Under the pieces are notes generated by a model. That model did no database searches. It saw only the letters and a program-made list of their open reading frames with translations, and was not told the DNA's origin. A program made the position numbers and the translations under genes. Positions 40,340 to 51,909 of a stretch of 64,000 bases of DNA are shown here, piece after piece. The stretch is from Saccostrea cucullata (Eukaryota), in NCBI RefSeq assembly GCF_032062105.1, contig NW_026920828.1:620001-684000 (forward strand). Direction: 5' to 3'. Each line of letters opens with the position of its first letter. Position 1 is the first letter of the stretch.

Positions 40340-42105
40340 TTAGCTCACCTGATAAACATTGGTTCCTGATCACCCATCTAGTTCACATGATGAACATTGG
40401 TTCCTGATCACTCATCTAGTTCACCTGATGAACACTGGTTCCTGATCACTCATCTAGCTCACCTGATGAACATTGGTCCCTGATCTCCCATCTAGCTCAC
40501 CTGATGAACATTGGTTCCTGATCACCCATCTAATTCACCTGATGAACTTTGGTTCCTGATCACCCATCTAACTCATCTGATGAACATTGGTTCCTGATCT
40601 CTCATCTAGCTCACCTGATGAACATTGGTTCCTGATCTCTCATCTAGCTCACCTGATGAACATTGGTTCCTGATCTCTCATCTAACTCATCTGATGAACA
40701 TTGGTTCCTGATCTCTCATCTAGCTCACCTGATGAACATTGGTTCCTGATCTCTCATCTAACTCATCTGATGAACATTGGTTCCTGATCTCTCATCTAGC
40801 TCACCTGATGAACATTGGTTCCTGATCACCCATCTAGCTCACCTGATAAACACTGGTTCCTGATCACCCATCTAATTCACCTGATGAACATTGGTTCCTG
40901 ATCACCCATCTAATTCACCTGATGAACATTGGTTCCTGATCACCCATCTAGCTCATCTGGTGAACATTGGTTCCTGATCTCTCATCTAGCTCACCTGATG
41001 AACATTGGTTCCTAAACACCCATCTAGCTCACCTGATGAACATTGGTTCCTGATCTCTCATCTAACTCATCTGATGAACATTGGTTCCTGATCTCTCATC
41101 TAGCTCACCTGATGAACATTGATTCCTGATCACCCATCTAATTCACCTGATGAAGTTTGATTCCTGATCACCCATCTAGTTCATCAGATGAAGTTTGATT
41201 CCTGATCACCCATCTAGTTCATCAGATGAGCACTGGTTCCTGATCACCCATCTAGCTCACCTGATGAACATTGGTTCCTGATCACCCATCTAGCTCACCT
41301 GATGAACATTGGTTCCTGATCACCAATCTAAATCATCTGATGAAGTTTGATTCCTGATCACCCATCTAGTTCATCAGATGAGCACTGGTTCCTGATCACC
41401 CATCTAATTCACCTGATGAATATTGGTTCCTGATCTCTCATCTAGCTCAGCTGATGACCATTGGTTCCTGATCACCCATCTAGTTCACAAGATGAACTTT
41501 GCTTCCTGATCTCCCATCTAGCTCACCTGATGAACTCTGATTCCTGATCACCCATCTAACTCATCTGATGAACATTGGTTCCTGATCTCTCATCTAGCTC
41601 ACCTGATGAACATTGATTCCTGATCACCCATCTAATTCACCTGATGAAGTTTGATTCCTGATCACCCATCTAGTTCATCAGATGAAGTTTGATTCCTGAT
41701 CACCCATCTAGTTCATCAGATGAGCACTGGTTCCTGATCACCCATCTAGCTCACCTGATGAACATTGGTTCCTGATCACCCATCTAGCTCACCTGATGAA
41801 CATTGGTTCCTGATCACCAATCTAAATCATCTGATGAAGTTTGATTCCTGATCACCCATCTAGTTCATCAGATGAGCACTGGTTCCTGATCACCCATCTA
41901 ATTCACCTGATGAATATTGGTTCCTGATCTCTCATCTAGCTCAGCTGATGACCATTGGTTCCTGATCACCCATCTAGTTCACAAGATGAACTTTGCTTCC
42001 TGATCTCCCATCTAGCTCACCTGATGAACTCTGATTCCTGATCACCCATCTAGTTCACCTGATGACCATTGGTTCCTGATCACCAATGTAGCTCACCTGA
42101 TGAAG
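40340..42105 (-). repeat. 38-bp minisatellite (~46 copies) containing the donor of the LINE-interrupted exon; includes a 13-unit higher-order duplication
   Basis: Unit CTAGCTCACCTGATGAACATTGGTTCCTGATCACCCAT; - strand TTCATCAG|gtgagcta. The variant pattern at 41151 recurs at 41645 (offset 494 = 13x38). Confidence 0.95.
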
Positions 42106-42119
42106 CAACTGTACTGGGC

Positions 42120-42594
42120 GCAGGTACGTGCAGGTAACTTAGACGCAGCTGAGAAGGTAAGACACGCTCCCACAGCACTCGATGCTAAAAAGATAGGAAA
42201 CTCCATAAAAGACCCGGAGGGGTGGGGCGAACAAAAACTTGATATAATGGAGGAAATTGTGACAGCAAAAGCCGAACAAATAAATCCAATGCGGGAAAAA
42301 CTCGAAGCCTCCAATGCTAATACGATCTTCGCCGAATCTACTGTTGATGTTTACTGGGGTACAGGCTTGGATACCATCGGCACAACTCAAACAGAACCAT
42401 CCAAATGGCCAGGTGAAAACAAACTTGGAGCTATCGTACAAAAAATTGCTGCCAAATATACTAGAAAACTCAGGAGCGCCTCCGTGCCTAGGAAAGGCTC
42501 CCAAAGCGAGGCTAGTCAAAAGAAACTCGACACATTTATCCGAGACTTGAAAAAAAATAAGAAGAAAAATGAAAACGACTCTGCTGCAAAATAA
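42120..42594 (+). CDS. LINE ORF1 C-terminal remnant containing a NADAR (YbiA-like) domain
   Basis: AKKIG..W..KLDIMEEIVTAKAEQ..FAESTVDVYWGTGL..WPGENKLG matches the NADAR/YbiA pattern. The stop lies 26 nt before the ORF2 ATG. The track's N-terminal MKQLYW comes from host/TSD sequence. Confidence 0.8.
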
Positions 42595-42620
42595 TGTGAA
42601 TTAACAATTTACACGATCAC

Positions 42621-45600
42621 ATGATTAAAAACTCTTTATCATTCCTCTCCCTAAATGTGAGAGGTCTAAATACCTATAAAAAGAGAGTAACACTGTTTGA
42701 GTGGTTGAAAGATTCAGATTTCGATATAATTATCTTACAAGAAACCCATTTTGTTAAAGAACATGAATTTATATACAATTCTAGATGGTTTGGAAACAAA
42801 CTTCATTGTTTTTCCGACTCTGTTTATAGTAGGGGCGTTTCGCTATTTTTTAAGCAAAATCTTTCAGTTGAAATATTAAATTATCACCAGTCTCTTGATG
42901 GAAGAAGACTATTAGTTAACTTAAAATATAATGAAAAAATTATTACAATTGTGAATGTGTATGCACCTAACGCTGAACACTCTAGAATTGCTTTTTTTAA
43001 AAGATTATCATCTTGGGTTAGTCAACATGCTATGAATGTAGAAGGGCTTGTTGTCTGTGGTGATTTTAATTGTCAATTAGACTAAAATCAAAATGATAAA
43101 AGTGTTAAGAATCTAAGAAATTTTTTGAAATATTTTGATCTAAATGACTGCTGGCTTTCCAGTGGAAAAACAAGAATAAATGGTTTAACGTGGTGTGATG
43201 GAGAGGACATTCCTAAGAGTAGAATAGATTATGTTTTTATGCATGATAATATGCTTTTCCCACTTTGTGATATTACTGTACGTAGAGCACCCAGTGTTGA
43301 AGGGACACGTATGAGCGATCATTTAGGCTTAGGTTTTGATCTCAGTACGTCTGAAATTTTACGAGGAAGTGGTTATTGGAAGCTAAATAACTCATTATTA
43401 GATGACGAAAACTTTTGTGAAAAACTAAGAAAACATATAAATAACGAAAAAGAAGAATTAAAGCAATTAAACGATCCAAAAGTTAGATGGGAACGAATGA
43501 AAATATCAATAAAAGACTTCTGCGTATCTTTTTCAAAAAATAAAGCTAATAATCAAAAAAAGAGAATCAAATTTATAGAAACTCAATTAAAACAAATCGA
43601 TTTAAAGCATTATACTGAAATAAATATGAGATACAAACGACAGCTTGAAGAAGAAAGAGATAATTATTATGCCCAGAAATGTAATGGAGCTTATGTACGA
43701 TCTAGAGCTTTGTGGATAGAAAAGGGGGAGAAAAGTAATTCTTATTTTTTAGGTCTTGAAAAAAAGCAGCAAATAAATAATGCAATAACTAAAATAAAGG
43801 ATGAAAATGAGACTGTTGTTTGTGACAATGATAATATTATGAAAAGCTTGTTTACTTTTTATAGCTCATTATACAGTAGTAAAAATATTTCTGATAATGA
43901 AGTTGAAAACTATTTTAAGAATGTTAACTGTGAAAAGGTCACAAAGGCCGAAAAAGAGTTATGCGACATGTTACCTACAAAATTAGAATGCGAAGAAGCT
44001 GTTCTTAAAATGACAGAGGCGTAGTCACAAACTTAAAAGGGAGGCTCAACTCCAGAAATTCTTTGACAAGCAAAAAAAAAAAAAAAAAAGAAATTCCCCC
44101 AAACTCGAAAATCCTATTTCGTGGGGGGGGGGGAGGTGTGGGGGGTAATGGCCAACTTTTTCAAAGGCAAGTTACTTTCAAATCCAATTTTTTTTTTTCC
44201 ATTTTTTTCCACAATTCTTCGATATAACTATAACTATACAAGGGTCAAAAAGTGGAGGTGGGGGGGGGGGGCAATTCAATGAATATTTCCTATAGTAAAG
44301 GTAATGTTGGGGAAAAATAGCTGTGATTTTGTTCTTCATTAAAAAGTGGGGGGGCACAGACATACTCTTGCCCCCCCAGATCTGAAAGTGGGGGGGCTAG
44401 TGCCCCCGCTGCCCCCCCTGTGACTACGCCTATGAATGAAAAATAACAAATCCCCTGGACAAGATGGCCTAACGGCAGAATTCTATAAAAGATTTTGGCA
44501 TGATATAAAGGAAATATTTCTTCCCTCTTTACTTAAAAGTATTGATGATGGTATTTTGCCCTTTTCGCAAAGAAACGCTGTGATATCCCTGATATATAAA
44601 AAAGGAGAGAAAGAAAATCTTAAGAATTATAGACCAATTAGTCTAACAAACGTTGATTACAAAATTTTCGCTCATGTTTTAGCTAATCGTTTGCAAAAAA
44701 TTGCTAGTAGAATAATTAGTAGTGAACAGAGTGCTTATATTAAAGGTAGATACATTGGAGAGAACGCAAGAATAATATTAGACATATTTGAATATTGTAC
44801 AAATAATGATATTGATGGTATTTTGCTCTTTCTCGATTTTGAAAAAGCTTTTGATTCTGTTGAATATAACTTCATGTACAAAACTCTAGAAAAATTTAAT
44901 TTTGGAGAAAACTTTATCAAGATGATAAAGACATTATACTTCAAACCAACTTTCAAAGTTAAAAATAATGGCTGGATGTCAAAATCATGTGAAATGCAAA
45001 GAGGGATTAGACAAGGCTGTCCTGTATCAGCGCTTTTATTTATTTTTGTGCTAGAAATACTAGCAGTTCAGCTTAAAAATAATGAAGAAATAATCGGTTT
45101 ATCGCCAGGTGATAATGGAAATTTAAAAATCGTTCAACATGCAGATGATTGCACTAATCTATTGAAAGACACTAATTCAATGAAAAAAGCTTTAGAAACA
45201 ATAAGTGAATTTAGCAAAGTCGCAGGCCCGAAATTGAATTTGGACAAAACAGAATGTTTATTAACAGGAAAATTTATTGAAAGGTATTTAAACGAAAATC
45301 ATATATTTGGTGTAAAAATTGCTAAAAGCCATGTAAAATCATTAGGTATATATCTCGGTCATGATAAGGATTTTTGTTATGACATGAACTGGACGAATAA
45401 ATTGGAGAAACTTGAAAGAATACTGAGCGTTTGGAGAAAGCGAAACTTAACAATCTTTGGAAAATGTACCATAATTAATACACTAGCATTATCTAAATTG
45501 GTATATAATGCTTTTATTTTGTCAAATCCAAAAAAAGAATTCTTTAAAAAAGTATCAAAACTTGTATTTAATTTTATATGGAAGAAAAAAGATAGGATAA

Positions 45601-46682
45601 AAAGAAATACGCTAATCGGTAAAGTTGACCAAGGTGGAATAGGTATTGTTGATATAGAGAGTAAATTTACTGCAGCAAAAGCCTCCTGGATAAAACGATT
45701 ACTAGATAAAGAAAATATAATATGTAAGATGTTGAACAATATTCTTAATCTTAAAAACCTATCAGTAAATGATATTGTCAAAACAAGTGTAGTTAACTTT
45801 GAAAATACTGCCTTTTTTAAGATGATAAGAATACCACTTTTTTATGGTGAGGTCCTTTCTGCTTTCAATAAATGTAAAAAAGTTAAACAAATTTGTACTT
45901 TAAAGAGAGACCAATTTTTATCGGAATTCATTTGGAACAATAATTTGTTTCAGTATGATTCTAAACCTCTTTGTTTTGAAAACTGAATACAAAAACAATT
46001 TTGATTGTACATATGCTAAATGTGTTAATATTAAAAACAAAATGTCATTTTTATTTAGAGATAATAGCATAAGAACTCTAGAAAATCTTAAATGTGACTT
46101 TTATTATTCAATTTTGTAAACATTAAATTTCAAAGACCAGTTTATGAAAATATGTGGCAAAAGACATTCGATCTTAGTTACAAATATATCTGGAAAAATG
46201 TATATTTAGCTAAAATTAAGTATATGTATGAAAAAAATGTTGCTGAATTTAATTATAAATTACTGAATTGCATATTGAATAATAATCTAAATGTAAGTAA
46301 ATGGAACAAAGATGTAGAACCTTATTGTGAATATTGTATGGTTGTTGAAGACAATGAACATCTCTTGTACAAATGTAAAATCTGTGAAAATATATGGAAA
46401 AAAATTAGTTTATTTTTGGGTTTTGAAGTCACATGGAAAATACTTGTTCTAGGTTTTTACAATGAAATCAATTCAAAAACAACGAGATTGAATAATTTAT
46501 TGTCCTTTGTATGTTTTAACATCTATAAATATAAAATGAAATGTAGATTTGAAAAAGAAAATATGTTTACAGAAATTTTTCGAAATAAGTTAAAAAATTC
46601 TCTTTGTCTACAAAACGCAATTCTAAAGAAGGCACATGTTATTAATGATAATTTATATCTAGATATAGGCAATTACTTGTGA
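42621..46682 (+). pseudogene. LINE ORF2 (APE endonuclease, reverse transcriptase, CCHC zinc finger), disrupted
   Basis: Endonuclease motifs SLNVRGL, LQETH, NVYAPN, GDFN, SRIDY, SDH. RT motifs KSPGQDG, NYRPISL, DFEKAFDS, GIRQGCP, HADD, LGI. Zinc finger CEYC..EHLLYKC. Premature stops at 43083-85 and 45984-86, plus a MITE insertion. Confidence 0.95.
44014..44434. mobile_element. 421-bp MITE inserted in LINE ORF2 (5-bp TSD)
   Basis: TIR CAGAGGCGTAGTCACA / TGTGACTACGCCTATG; TSD AATGA. Removing it restores LKMKNNKSPG. Confidence 0.9.
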
Positions 46683-47483
46683 TTTTGATGTTCAAGTAGC
46701 TATGCAATGTATGTATTATGCTTTTGTACAATGAATTATTTATGTACCATGTTTTAATAAAAGAGAAAAAAAAAACTGTACTGGGCAGCTTCTAGTCCTT
46801 GTCCTTCGAGTCAAATTCTTATTCCCATCAAATAGTACATGTTCATCAATCTTCATTCTGAAAAAACCTTAGAAGCCAATACATTATGGCAAAAATCTCT
46901 GCAGACCCACACTCAATTTCATTAGCACTTTTCAGAATAAAGTTTACTTGTGTAACAAGACTAGCTGAAAACAGACTGAAACGGAATTTCAAAATGATTG
47001 AAAAGAAATTTACCTTTTCAGTAACCGTGGATGCTGTTTGTAGAAAATTAAACAATTTAAGTATACTTGTGCATCAAATCTTACTGAAATTGAAACAAAA
47101 TTGTAGAAGGAATTGTTTACAGACAGACAGAAACTTAGATCCTCATTATTCCAGAGTGGTTGTGACCCTTCAAATGTACAGATTTGAATCCCCTTATGCT
47201 AGGATACTTTGTGCCAAATTTGGTTGAAATTGGCTAGTAAGAAGTTCTGGAGAAGGAGCTCATAATATGAAAAGTTTTACTACGACATTGCCCTTTGCTT
47301 GTGACGTGAGCTAAATTTAAATTACACAGGGTCCGCAGTCTTTCATCAGTGAATGAGAAGTTAGTTGTCCATGTTAACCATTCACACCTCAGTACTGATT
47401 TTGAGAACATGGTAAAAGTACATATGCAAGGCCAAGTTTCTCTGTATTGGTACCAACAACAATGCACTAATTCAATCATAATG

Positions 47484-48332
47484 CAAGAGATGTTTGTAAA
47501 ACACTTATGCCCCTCTTCCCCCAAATTGGAATTTTTCCAAGTCCAATAGGGGCTTATCTCTGTCAAAAATGGCGTGATTGTACCCAAAACAGAACTTGAC
47601 CAAGATAGTCATCTGATAAATTTGTATACTAAATTTCCTCTCAGTTTGTGCAACGGTTGTGAAGAAAATGAACAGAAACTGCAGCAGCAAATAATTGAAA
47701 TTATTCAAGTCCAAGGGGCATAACTCTGTCAAAAATGGTGCGATCGTATCCAAAACAGCACTTTACCTAGATATTAATGTGATATATCTGTATACCAAAT
47801 TTCATTTCAGTATGTGCAACGGTTGTGAAGAAAATGAATGGAAACTGCAAATAATTGAAATTTTTCCAAGTCCAAGGGGCATTACTTACTTACTTACTTA
47901 GGCCTCTTCGTGCCAGGTGGCACATAAGGCAGCCACACAGTCTCTCCACCCAGTCCTATCCTTTGCTTTTCTTTCTACTTCTTTCCATGTCATCCCTATT
48001 TCTTTTAGCTCTTTCTCTGATGTTCTACGCCATGTTGTTTTTGGCCTGCCCCTTTTTCTCTTGCCGTCTGCTGTCCAGAATATGCTCTCTCTTGTGATGT
48101 TATGATGGTCTTTCCTGAGCACATGTCCAACCCATGCCAAGGGGCATTACTCTGCCAAAAATGGTGCAATCGTACCCAAAATAAAACTTGACCTAGATAT
48201 TCATGTGATATATCTGTATATAAAATTTCATTTCAGTATGTGCAACGGTTGCGAAGAAAATGAACGGAAACTAAGTGGACCGACAGACAGCAGCAAAGCA
48301 ATATGCCCTCCCTTCTTCGAAGGGGGGCATAA
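47484..48332 (+). mobile_element. HINE (same family as 26830-29138) with an RTE insertion
   Basis: CAAGAGATGTTTGTAAAACAC start, internal tandem units, (GACA) and ATGCCCTCC..GGGGGCAT end. Confidence 0.75.
47887..48136 (-). mobile_element. RTE-clade LINE 3' fragment
   Basis: WVGHVLR..GKRKRGRPKTTW..AKDRTGWR C-terminus, (TAAG)n tail and 15-bp TSD CCAAGGGGCATTACT. Confidence 0.9.
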
Positions 48333-49109
48333 TAAAGTATCTACAGCGCTAAGTCAGGACTCAGGAGGACACTCTATACCCAAACATTGTACTAGATAGG
48401 TCTATTAAGGTACATGTGCAGTACATCTGACTTTAGAATTCTGATCGTTTTCCTCAACTCATCAGATCTCATTAAAGTTTTAACAGACAGATGGATATGG
48501 TGATTTCTCTTAGGGACCATAATTAAAGAAGAATAGCAGTGTACTAACACAAAACAAAATTTATTTTATCTGAATTTAAAAACCCAAAGTTAGACAAATA
48601 AGCCAAAATTTTAACTTTATAAATATTAAAAACTGGAAATTTTGACACTGAATATCCTTAACACCAGTTGTGGAAATTAATTCAGACATTGAAGAATGCA
48701 TTGAAATCACTGATCTCACAGTTTAGCAATACAGTGCTGTTTTACATGACTACTACATAATTCAAGACTCCAGATCACAAATATTGCACAATGATTTGCT
48801 TTAAAGACAAATGATTGAATCATAACAGTTCATAAACAGTCATATCAAAAATAGATCTTTTACAAAACATTCATACTAGCATTCACATCAGTTACACAGA
48901 AAAACAAATCTGTACAAAAGAAAAATAAAACATCACTGGTTCTCACTCTAATGTAGTTTACATTCATTAACCTAGGGAAATTTTCATGTCACTTGCTTCA
49001 ATCATATGTTTACTCTACATGTGTATTCATATGTAACAATCATTCAAGTACCGGTATATATGTCTTTATCAATTTTTACACTTGATTACAAATTTATGAA
49101 AAAAAAAAT

Positions 49110-49892
49110 GACATGTCTACGCCCTATTCTCTGAACTCCAAGGTCAAGGTCAAAGGGTTAATGTTCTTGGTATCCAATGAAGTCTTTTTAAAAGGACTAT
49201 ATATGTGAAGTATGAAAACATTCAAAACATGATCAAGGTTAAAGTTTTCTCATTAGTACAAAAATCGTCAAGGTCAAAGGTCAAGGTTATTGGTATCAAA
49301 TAAATGGTCTCGCCACAAAGAATACATATGTGAAATATGAAAGTCCTGGTTTCTACTGTTCAAAAGTTGTGGCCAAGGTCAAAGTTTTTGAAAAGTAGGT
49401 CAAACTCTAGGGTCAAGGTTAAAGGGTCAAAGTTATTGGTATTCAATGAAAGGTTTTATCAGAAGAATTATATATATGAAGTATGAAAGTCCTAGGCCTT
49501 ACCATTCAAAAGTTATGGTCAAAGTTAAAGTTTTTTCATAAGAACGGAAATCTCCAAGGTCAAGGTGAAAAGGTCAAAGTTGTTGGTATCAATAAAAGGT
49601 CTTGCTCAATTCAAAAGTTATGGCCAAAGCAAAAGTATGAATTTTTGTGTAAAAGTGGGTCAAACTCCAAGGTCAAGGTCAAAAGGTCAAATTTGGTGGT
49701 ACCAAAGAAAGGTCTTGTCACAAGGAATACACATATTAAATATGAAAGTCATAGCTCCACTAAATCAAAAGTTATGGGCAAGGTTAAAGTTTTTGTGACG
49801 GACGGACAGACTGACAGACAGACAGACGGACAGACGGACAGCGGATTGAGATTTAATGTCCCCTCGCTTTCGCGAAAGCGGGGGACAAAAAA
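49110..49892 (+). mobile_element. HINE-type element with GGTCAAGGTCA-rich units
   Basis: Tandem degenerate units, (GACA/GACG)n and terminal hairpin CGCTTTCGCGAAAGCG. Confidence 0.7.
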
Positions 49893-50261
49893 ACATGTTC
49901 TCTGTATAAGTCTCAACACATACAAATAAAGTATACAAATGTGTAAGAATTCCAGCTCAATTGGACCTGCACAGTATACTCAATACACAGAGACCAACAT
50001 CGGGGAACAAACATTCTCCAAATGTTTCATACTGAATCAGGATAAAAAGAAAGAAAATGATGAGGTTACAGACAAACCAGGGGGAAGAAACAAATAACTT
50101 CAAAATGTGACAGATCAACTTAATATTCTACATACATTTTGGAATAAAAATAACAGTATTTTTTCTTTTCCTACATCGTCTCCAATCATGAATCTTCCAT
50201 TACAAGAGTTTTCCAGAACCGGTGTACTCACTGCCATATAAAATACAGCATTGTATTGTCT

Positions 50262-50488
50262 TTATCCATCTGTTGATTGGTGGTGGTGTCCGTGTGTTGG
50301 TTGGTGGTGGTGTCCATGTGTTTCATGGTGGTGGTGTCCATGACTTGGGTGGTGGTGCTCATGTGTCTGTTGATTGTGGTGCCCATGTGTCTGCTGATTG
50401 TGGTGCCCATGAGTATGATGGTTGTGGTGTTCACTTGAATGGTGACTGTGGTTTGGAAGGGGTCTTCGGAAAAGTAATATATGAGGTT
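50262..50488 (-). CDS. CKS1: Alternative CKS1 last coding exon with a His-rich tail (136-aa isoform)
   Basis: Acceptor tgttgttttag, then (E)PHILLFRRPLP followed by (THGHHxxx)n; same phase as exon 51910-51959. Confidence 0.75.
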
Positions 50489-51909
50489 CTAAAACAACAA
50501 ATAACATTCATTGAAAATCTACTCAAATACATGTAGATCATTGTAGATACCTAAACAAGGATTATCTCCCTGATAAATCAAGAGATATATTAACAACTCA
50601 TATCCTATGAATCAATAAAATGCAATTTTGATTTAATCAATATAAATTTTATTTATCTGGAATTATAAATATAACACAGTGCTTTCCCTAAGAACCAGCT
50701 ACTGGGCAAATTGACCGCTTCAATTGACAAAAATGCCGCTTTGAAATAAGAAACGAAAATTTAATTGCTGTAAGGTCAGAAGAGAACCTCTAACCCCAGC
50801 CTGTTACAACTGATCTCTAGCCCTTTACTTTGAAATAAAGGGAAAACCTTGATAACATTTTCGTCTTTACTCTTTAATATATATGAAGATTAACAATATG
50901 AATTTCCAGCTTTGGTAATGCTAGCTTTTCGTGTACATATATTAAAATCACTTCCACTCGGACCAAGATTGAAAAAAATTCTTTGTTTGCAGTTGCCAAC
51001 CCATGAATTTTAATTTTGGAAGGTGGGTTGGCATGTGGCAGCTAGCACTTGATAACTTGTGTAGTAGCTGAGCTAAAATTCAGTTGTCCCGGACTATTAG
51101 GCTTACATTTATAGTGTCAAAATCTGCAAGTTAAAAATTAAGCATAGAGCAATTTTTAAAAATAAATAATTATTTAGTTTGTGTACACGTCAATTATGAT
51201 CTTTTGATGATTTCTTTTATATTATCAGACTGGGGTCCTCACATTTAAATATTCTTAACAAAACCTTTTACATATTCTTATTTTTCCCCCATGAATACCA
51301 AAGATACCACTGTTGTTTTTAAAATAGAACACTGGTTTATATGGATGATCAGAAACACATGCCTCAGTTAGAGAACATGACTATAGAACAACTTTCAGTT
51401 TACATGTCTTCTTGGTTAATAATGTTAACCTCTCTGGTGTACATTGTAAACACCATGCATACATTCTGTGTTGTAACAATATTAGTATACCTCTACCTCT
51501 TGTGAATAAGAAAGCCAAGAAGAAGGACATTTTTTACCATTACCATATAAAGTTTCCTACAACTATAGCAAGCATAGTGTATACTGATGCAAGACAAAAC
51601 AACAGGGAGACAACTTATGCCTGGACGAGTGGTAAACAGGTATAACAGAGTCCCTGTAACATGCAGATGATTATGCCTTCTTCAGTTTTAGTCATGTTCA
51701 AAAAACATTGTAATGTTGTGATGGTTTAAAAATTTACAGATAATATATCATTGCAGAACATAAATGAATTTACAGTATCTCTTGATACTGCAAACACTGG
51801 GAATAATGAAAATGACATGCAGATAAATAATGGGTTAGAAATGAGACAATATGATAAATACACAATATTTACAGGGTTTGTTGAGATGAAATGTATGATG
51901 ATGATGAGA

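Larger units (their letters stand above)
42120..46773 (+). mobile_element. 5'-truncated L1/Tx1-clade non-LTR retrotransposon (decayed)
   Basis: TSD AACTGTACTGGGC at 42107-42119 and 46774-46786; ORF1 remnant; ORF2 with APE, RT and zinc finger; AATAAA at ~46756 and a poly(A) tail. Confidence 0.95.
42097..46857 (-). other. 94-nt host exon (42097-42119 plus 46787-46857) split by the LINE; probable 5'UTR exon of the TIR gene
   Basis: Acceptor ggttttttcag at 46858 and donor CAG|gtgagc at 42096. Rejoined across the TSD it reads A+MKIDEHVLFDGNKNLTRRTRTRSCPVQLLHQ without stops. Confidence 0.6.

Noticed and set aside
22346-42594. NADAR plus TIR as a functional NAD/ADP-ribose gene pair, as in bacterial defence systems
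   Set aside because: The NADAR is a truncated part of a TSD-bounded LINE in the opposite orientation, so adjacency is most simply chance, unless the family proves to target such genes.
45130-45155. HADD instead of YADD as a sign of RT inactivation
   Set aside because: The catalytic aspartates are intact and the first position varies among non-LTR RTs; inactivity is already explained by the stops.
50222-50536. Gly/Val-rich + strand ORF
   Set aside because: Reverse complement of the His-repeat exon; no independent support.
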